Source: Torpedo marmorata (Eukaryota). Taken from it: a stretch of DNA of 64,000 nucleotides. Positions 60,351-64,000 of this stretch are shown in pieces. The notes below the pieces were generated by a model. The model was not told the DNA's origin. It worked only from the letters and a program-made list of their open reading frames with translations, and searched no databases. The stretch covers positions 29,140,001-29,204,000 of the forward strand of contig OZ360223.1 of assembly GCA_977017645.1 (NCBI GenBank), read 5' to 3'. A program made the translations under genes and the position numbers. Position 1 is the stretch's first letter, and the number at the start of each line of letters is the position of its first letter.

Positions 60351-63300
60351 TGTTATGGACCATGACTGACCATTTGGACTGCGGACGGTCAGCAGGAAGG
60401 ATGAAGTCTTTTGGAGTATACACTGGGGCCAGGTACTGAAAGAGTTAACTTCCCCAGGACTTGGTGTACCCAGACAGAGAGAGACCAGAGAGAGAGACAG
60501 GCTGTGGACAAAGATACATTTGTTGCACTTTTGCAAAAGCAGGTGCAGACCTCTGCAAAAAGCAAACAGTTTGGATTTGCAAAGGCTAGAGAACACAGCC
60601 AAATCCAGGCTTGTGCTTCCCAGAGAAAAGACTGGCAGAATAGCACATGGCCTCCTGTCTCAGAGAAATTCTGAGTTAAAAGCAACTTCTGTGGAGAACA
60701 GGCGTGAGATCAGCGAGACTAGCTGTGAGATTCAAGCACACGCCTAAATCAGTGGTATACTGATCTGAACTCGCAATCCTTATGAACGCACAAGAAGGGG
60801 ACGTCATCAGAGAAGAAAAACAAGTATTTGTAAGCATAAACGGTCATTGTCTCTCTCCAACGTATATTCAGAAGTACTTCTACCAGATACAGAGCTGAAT
60901 TTGAAGCCTGAACTTAGAGAGTGAATTTTGTGGACTGTATTATTCTTTTTTTTGACTGACTTGTTTTTTATGACTGACCTGGGGTTTTTTTGGGGAAAGT
61001 TTTTCCATTTTTACATAAGGGTTGGGCACAGACTGTAATGGTCTGGGCTTTACACACACACACCTTTTAGATAAGAATAGTGTTTATAGACGTTTATAGT
61101 GGGGTTAATTGTTGTGAAATTATATGTTTAATTGTGTTTAATAAATATAAATTTCAATTTTACCCCTTTTGCATTGCGTCTTCTGTCGTTGCTGGTTTGA
61201 TTTTGTAACAAATTGGGGGCTCGTCACGGGATTTGAATCAAAATCCATCTTGGTAATTGAAGAAATCCCAGTTTGGTTTAAAGCATTCCTTTTGTAAAGC
61301 TAATTAAAAGCTAGTGTGTGTGTAACGAAAAACCAGCAACAATGGATGTAGAACATTTTTTGGAATCACCTGAACCTGATACTTTAAAAAAGGCGAAAAA
61401 GGAACAGTTAGTGGCTATAGCAACAGAGTTGGGCATTGCTTCTGTAAAACCATCTATGAAAAAGGCAGAGATTGGGAGAAAAATAGTCAAATACTATATA
61501 AAAGAAAAAAAGTTTGAGGAGAGCGTGTTAGAGCAGTTTCCCAAGGGTAAACCTTCTGAAAACATACAGTTGGAACTAAAGAAATTGGAATTGGAGGCAG
61601 CCAGGGAACAAAAGAAATTAGAGGCAGACAGGGAACAAAAGAAATTAGAATTGGAATTGGAACAAAAGAAATTAGACATGGAATTGGAACTAAAGAGACA
61701 CGAGAACGATGAGAGAAATAGGAGATATATGCTGGAAAAGATAAAGTTGGAAAATGAGAGGAGACAAGAAGAGCGCCAAGATCAAATTCGTCATCCTGCT
61801 GAGGGGTTTTGGGCTAGTAGAGAAGTTAGGTTGTTTCCTCCATTTGAGGAGGCAGAAATAGATAAGTACTTCCAACATTTTGAGAAAGTGGCTGTGAAAT
61901 TAAAATGGCCACAAGACCAATGGTCTCTTATGTTACAAAGTGTAATAAAAGGAAAAGCTCAGCAAGCTTACTCTACTCTTACCACGGAGCAAGCTGCTGA
62001 TTATGAAACGGTGAAAAAGGCTATACTCCAGGCTTATGAGTTAGTTCCAGAGGCTTATAGACAGAAGTTTAGAAATTTAAAAAGATCAGCAACCCAATCT
62101 TATACAGACTTTGCCTATGAAAAAGTTGTGTGTTTTGACAGGTGGTGCACATCTAAGGCAGTAAACAATGATTACAATCAATTGAGAGAATTGATAATAA
62201 TCGAGGAGATAAAAAGGTGTGTTCCTGAGGATATTAAGGTATACTTAGATGAAAAGGAGGTGAAAACTTGGCAAGATTCAGCTAAGTTAGCAGATGAATA
62301 TGCTTTAACCCAAAAGCCTAAGTGGACGTCAGGTAGAATTTTCCAAAAGGTCACTGTGGATAATCAGAAGCAAGTGGAAAGTAAATTTGGAAGTGGTGTT
62401 AAGGAAAGGGATGAAGAAAAGTGGAAAAGGGAAAACCATTCGGGTCCCATTTGCCACTACTGTAGGAAGGCTGGTCAAGCTGTCCAGTGTTGAAAAAGAA
62501 GAGAGAAAAGGATGCAACACCTAATGCTTGTATTCAGAGTGAGAAGATGCATAACACCCAGGAAGGAGATAAAAATAACCTAAGGAGTTAAAGATGTATT
62601 TAAACCTTTTGTGACTGATGGTTTTGTTTCAGTTAAGGCAGGATCCAAAACAAGTTCCAGTGAAAATCTTGCGAGATACTGGAGCTGCTCAGTCACTTGT
62701 GTTAGATAGTGTCTTGGAATTTTGTGAAGCTACTGACACTGGTGACATAAATTTAATTAAAGGAATTGGTGGTGAAGTTGAGTCCATTCTTTTGCACAAA
62801 ATAGTATTGGACTCAGACTTGGTGGAAGGACCAGTTATAATAGGAGTGAGATCAGAGTTGCCAGTAGAAGGAGTCTCACTGTTGTTAGGCAATGACTTGG
62901 CCAAGGTTAAAGTAGTTCCTGCAGTGCGAATGACCACTAAGCCAGTCATTGATAAGTCAGAGAAAGACTCTGATATTTATCCGGCATGTGCCATAACCAG
63001 GGCCATGTCTAAGAAAAATGTCACTGTAGAAAAGGCAGAGGAAAATAACTTAGTGAAAGAAAAAGACGGTGATAATCAAGAAAACCTGGAAAAGGTTGAG
63101 CAATCTCCTATGTTACACCCATCCACTGATAAGACACCTAAAGGCACAGATTTCTCACTATCCCGACAGGAGTTAATAGCAAGGCAAAAGGACGATCCTG
63201 ATCTTGTTGAGGTGAGGGATAAGGTTCTCTCTGAAGAGGAGATTAAAAAGGTGCCAGTAGGTTATTATGAAAAAGATGGGGTGTTGATGAGAAAGTGGAG

Positions 63301-64000
63301 ACCACGTGATGTTCCTGCCAATGAAGAATGGGCAGTAGTGCAGCAGGTTGTGATCCCTAAAGTATATAGGGATGCAATAATAACTTTGGCTCATAGTACA
63401 CCCTTAGGTTGTCACCTTGGGGTGAAGAAAACTATATGGAAGATAATGAAACAATTTTATTGGCCCAGTTTAAGAAGGGAGGTTGTAAGCTTTTGCCGGG
63501 CCTGTCACACTTGTCAGGTGGTGGGTAAACCTAATCAGGGTCCCCCGGTGGCACCCTTGCAACCTATCCCTGCTTTCAGTGAGCCTTTCTCGAGAGTAAT
63601 TGTGGACTGTGTTGGCCCATTGCCCAAAACCAAAGCGGGGAATGAGTATTTGTTAACAATTATGTGTGCAGCCACCAGATTTCCAGAGGCCATTCCTCTG
63701 AGAAACATAAAAGCAAAGTCAATTGTAAAGGCTATGGTAAAGTTTTTCACCTTGGTAGGTTTGCCAAGGGAAATTCAATCAGATCAGGGCAGTAATTTCA
63801 TGTCAGGCGTTTTCCAACAAGTGGTTGATGGACTGGGAGTTAAACAGATTGTATCCTCTGCGTACCATCCAGAAAGTCAAGGGGCCTTGGAGAGGTTCCA
63901 TTCGACTTTGAAAACCATGATTAGAACCTATTGTTGTGAGAAGGAAAAGGATTGGGATGAGGGGGTTCATTTGTTGTTATTTGCAGCGAGGGAGTCTGTC
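60351..64000 (+). mobile_element. Gmr1-like Ty3/Gypsy LTR retrotransposon, copy 2 (runs off the window)
   Basis: LTR 60351-61210 TG...CA; PBS TGGGGGCTCGTCACGGGAT (tRNA-Pro); gag ORF 61318-62493; protease DTGA; integrase HHCC and core (VDCVGPLP, IQSDQGSNF, YHPESQGALER) directly after the protease. Confidence 0.93.

Overview
Eukaryotic, repeat-rich vertebrate genomic DNA. The repeat complement (V-SINE/HE1-like SINEs, CR1, Penelope, Rex1/Babar, fish-type L1) suggests a cartilaginous fish; this is inference. Three spliced host genes can be rebuilt with GT-AG boundaries: the last three coding exons of ACOX2 (+, ending in PTS1 -SKM), the complete KCTD6 CDS (-, two coding exons, 237 aa) and the complete 10-exon PDHB CDS (+, 1080 nt, 359 aa). 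Their order and orientation match the ACOX2-KCTD6-PDHB block known from human 3p14. The rest is mostly transposable elements, often nested: L1 copies with clear TSDs, Rex1/Babar, CR1, Tx1-like, Penelope, a 5S-derived SINE3, hAT and Tc1/mariner MITEs, a deleted BEL/Pao element, two Gmr1-like Gypsy elements and a class-I-like ERV remnant. There are also three minisatellites. I see no convincing new multi-gene system. The best leads are a BEL/Pao derivative with RT-RH-IN replaced by unknown coiled-coil-like sequence, a 1.5 kb CpG/GC-box minisatellite in KCTD6, a hAT MITE built from an inverted SINE tail, a 5S SINE sharing a Rex1-type tail, and a tRNA-Arg-primed ERV. All calls were made by eye, with no database searches.
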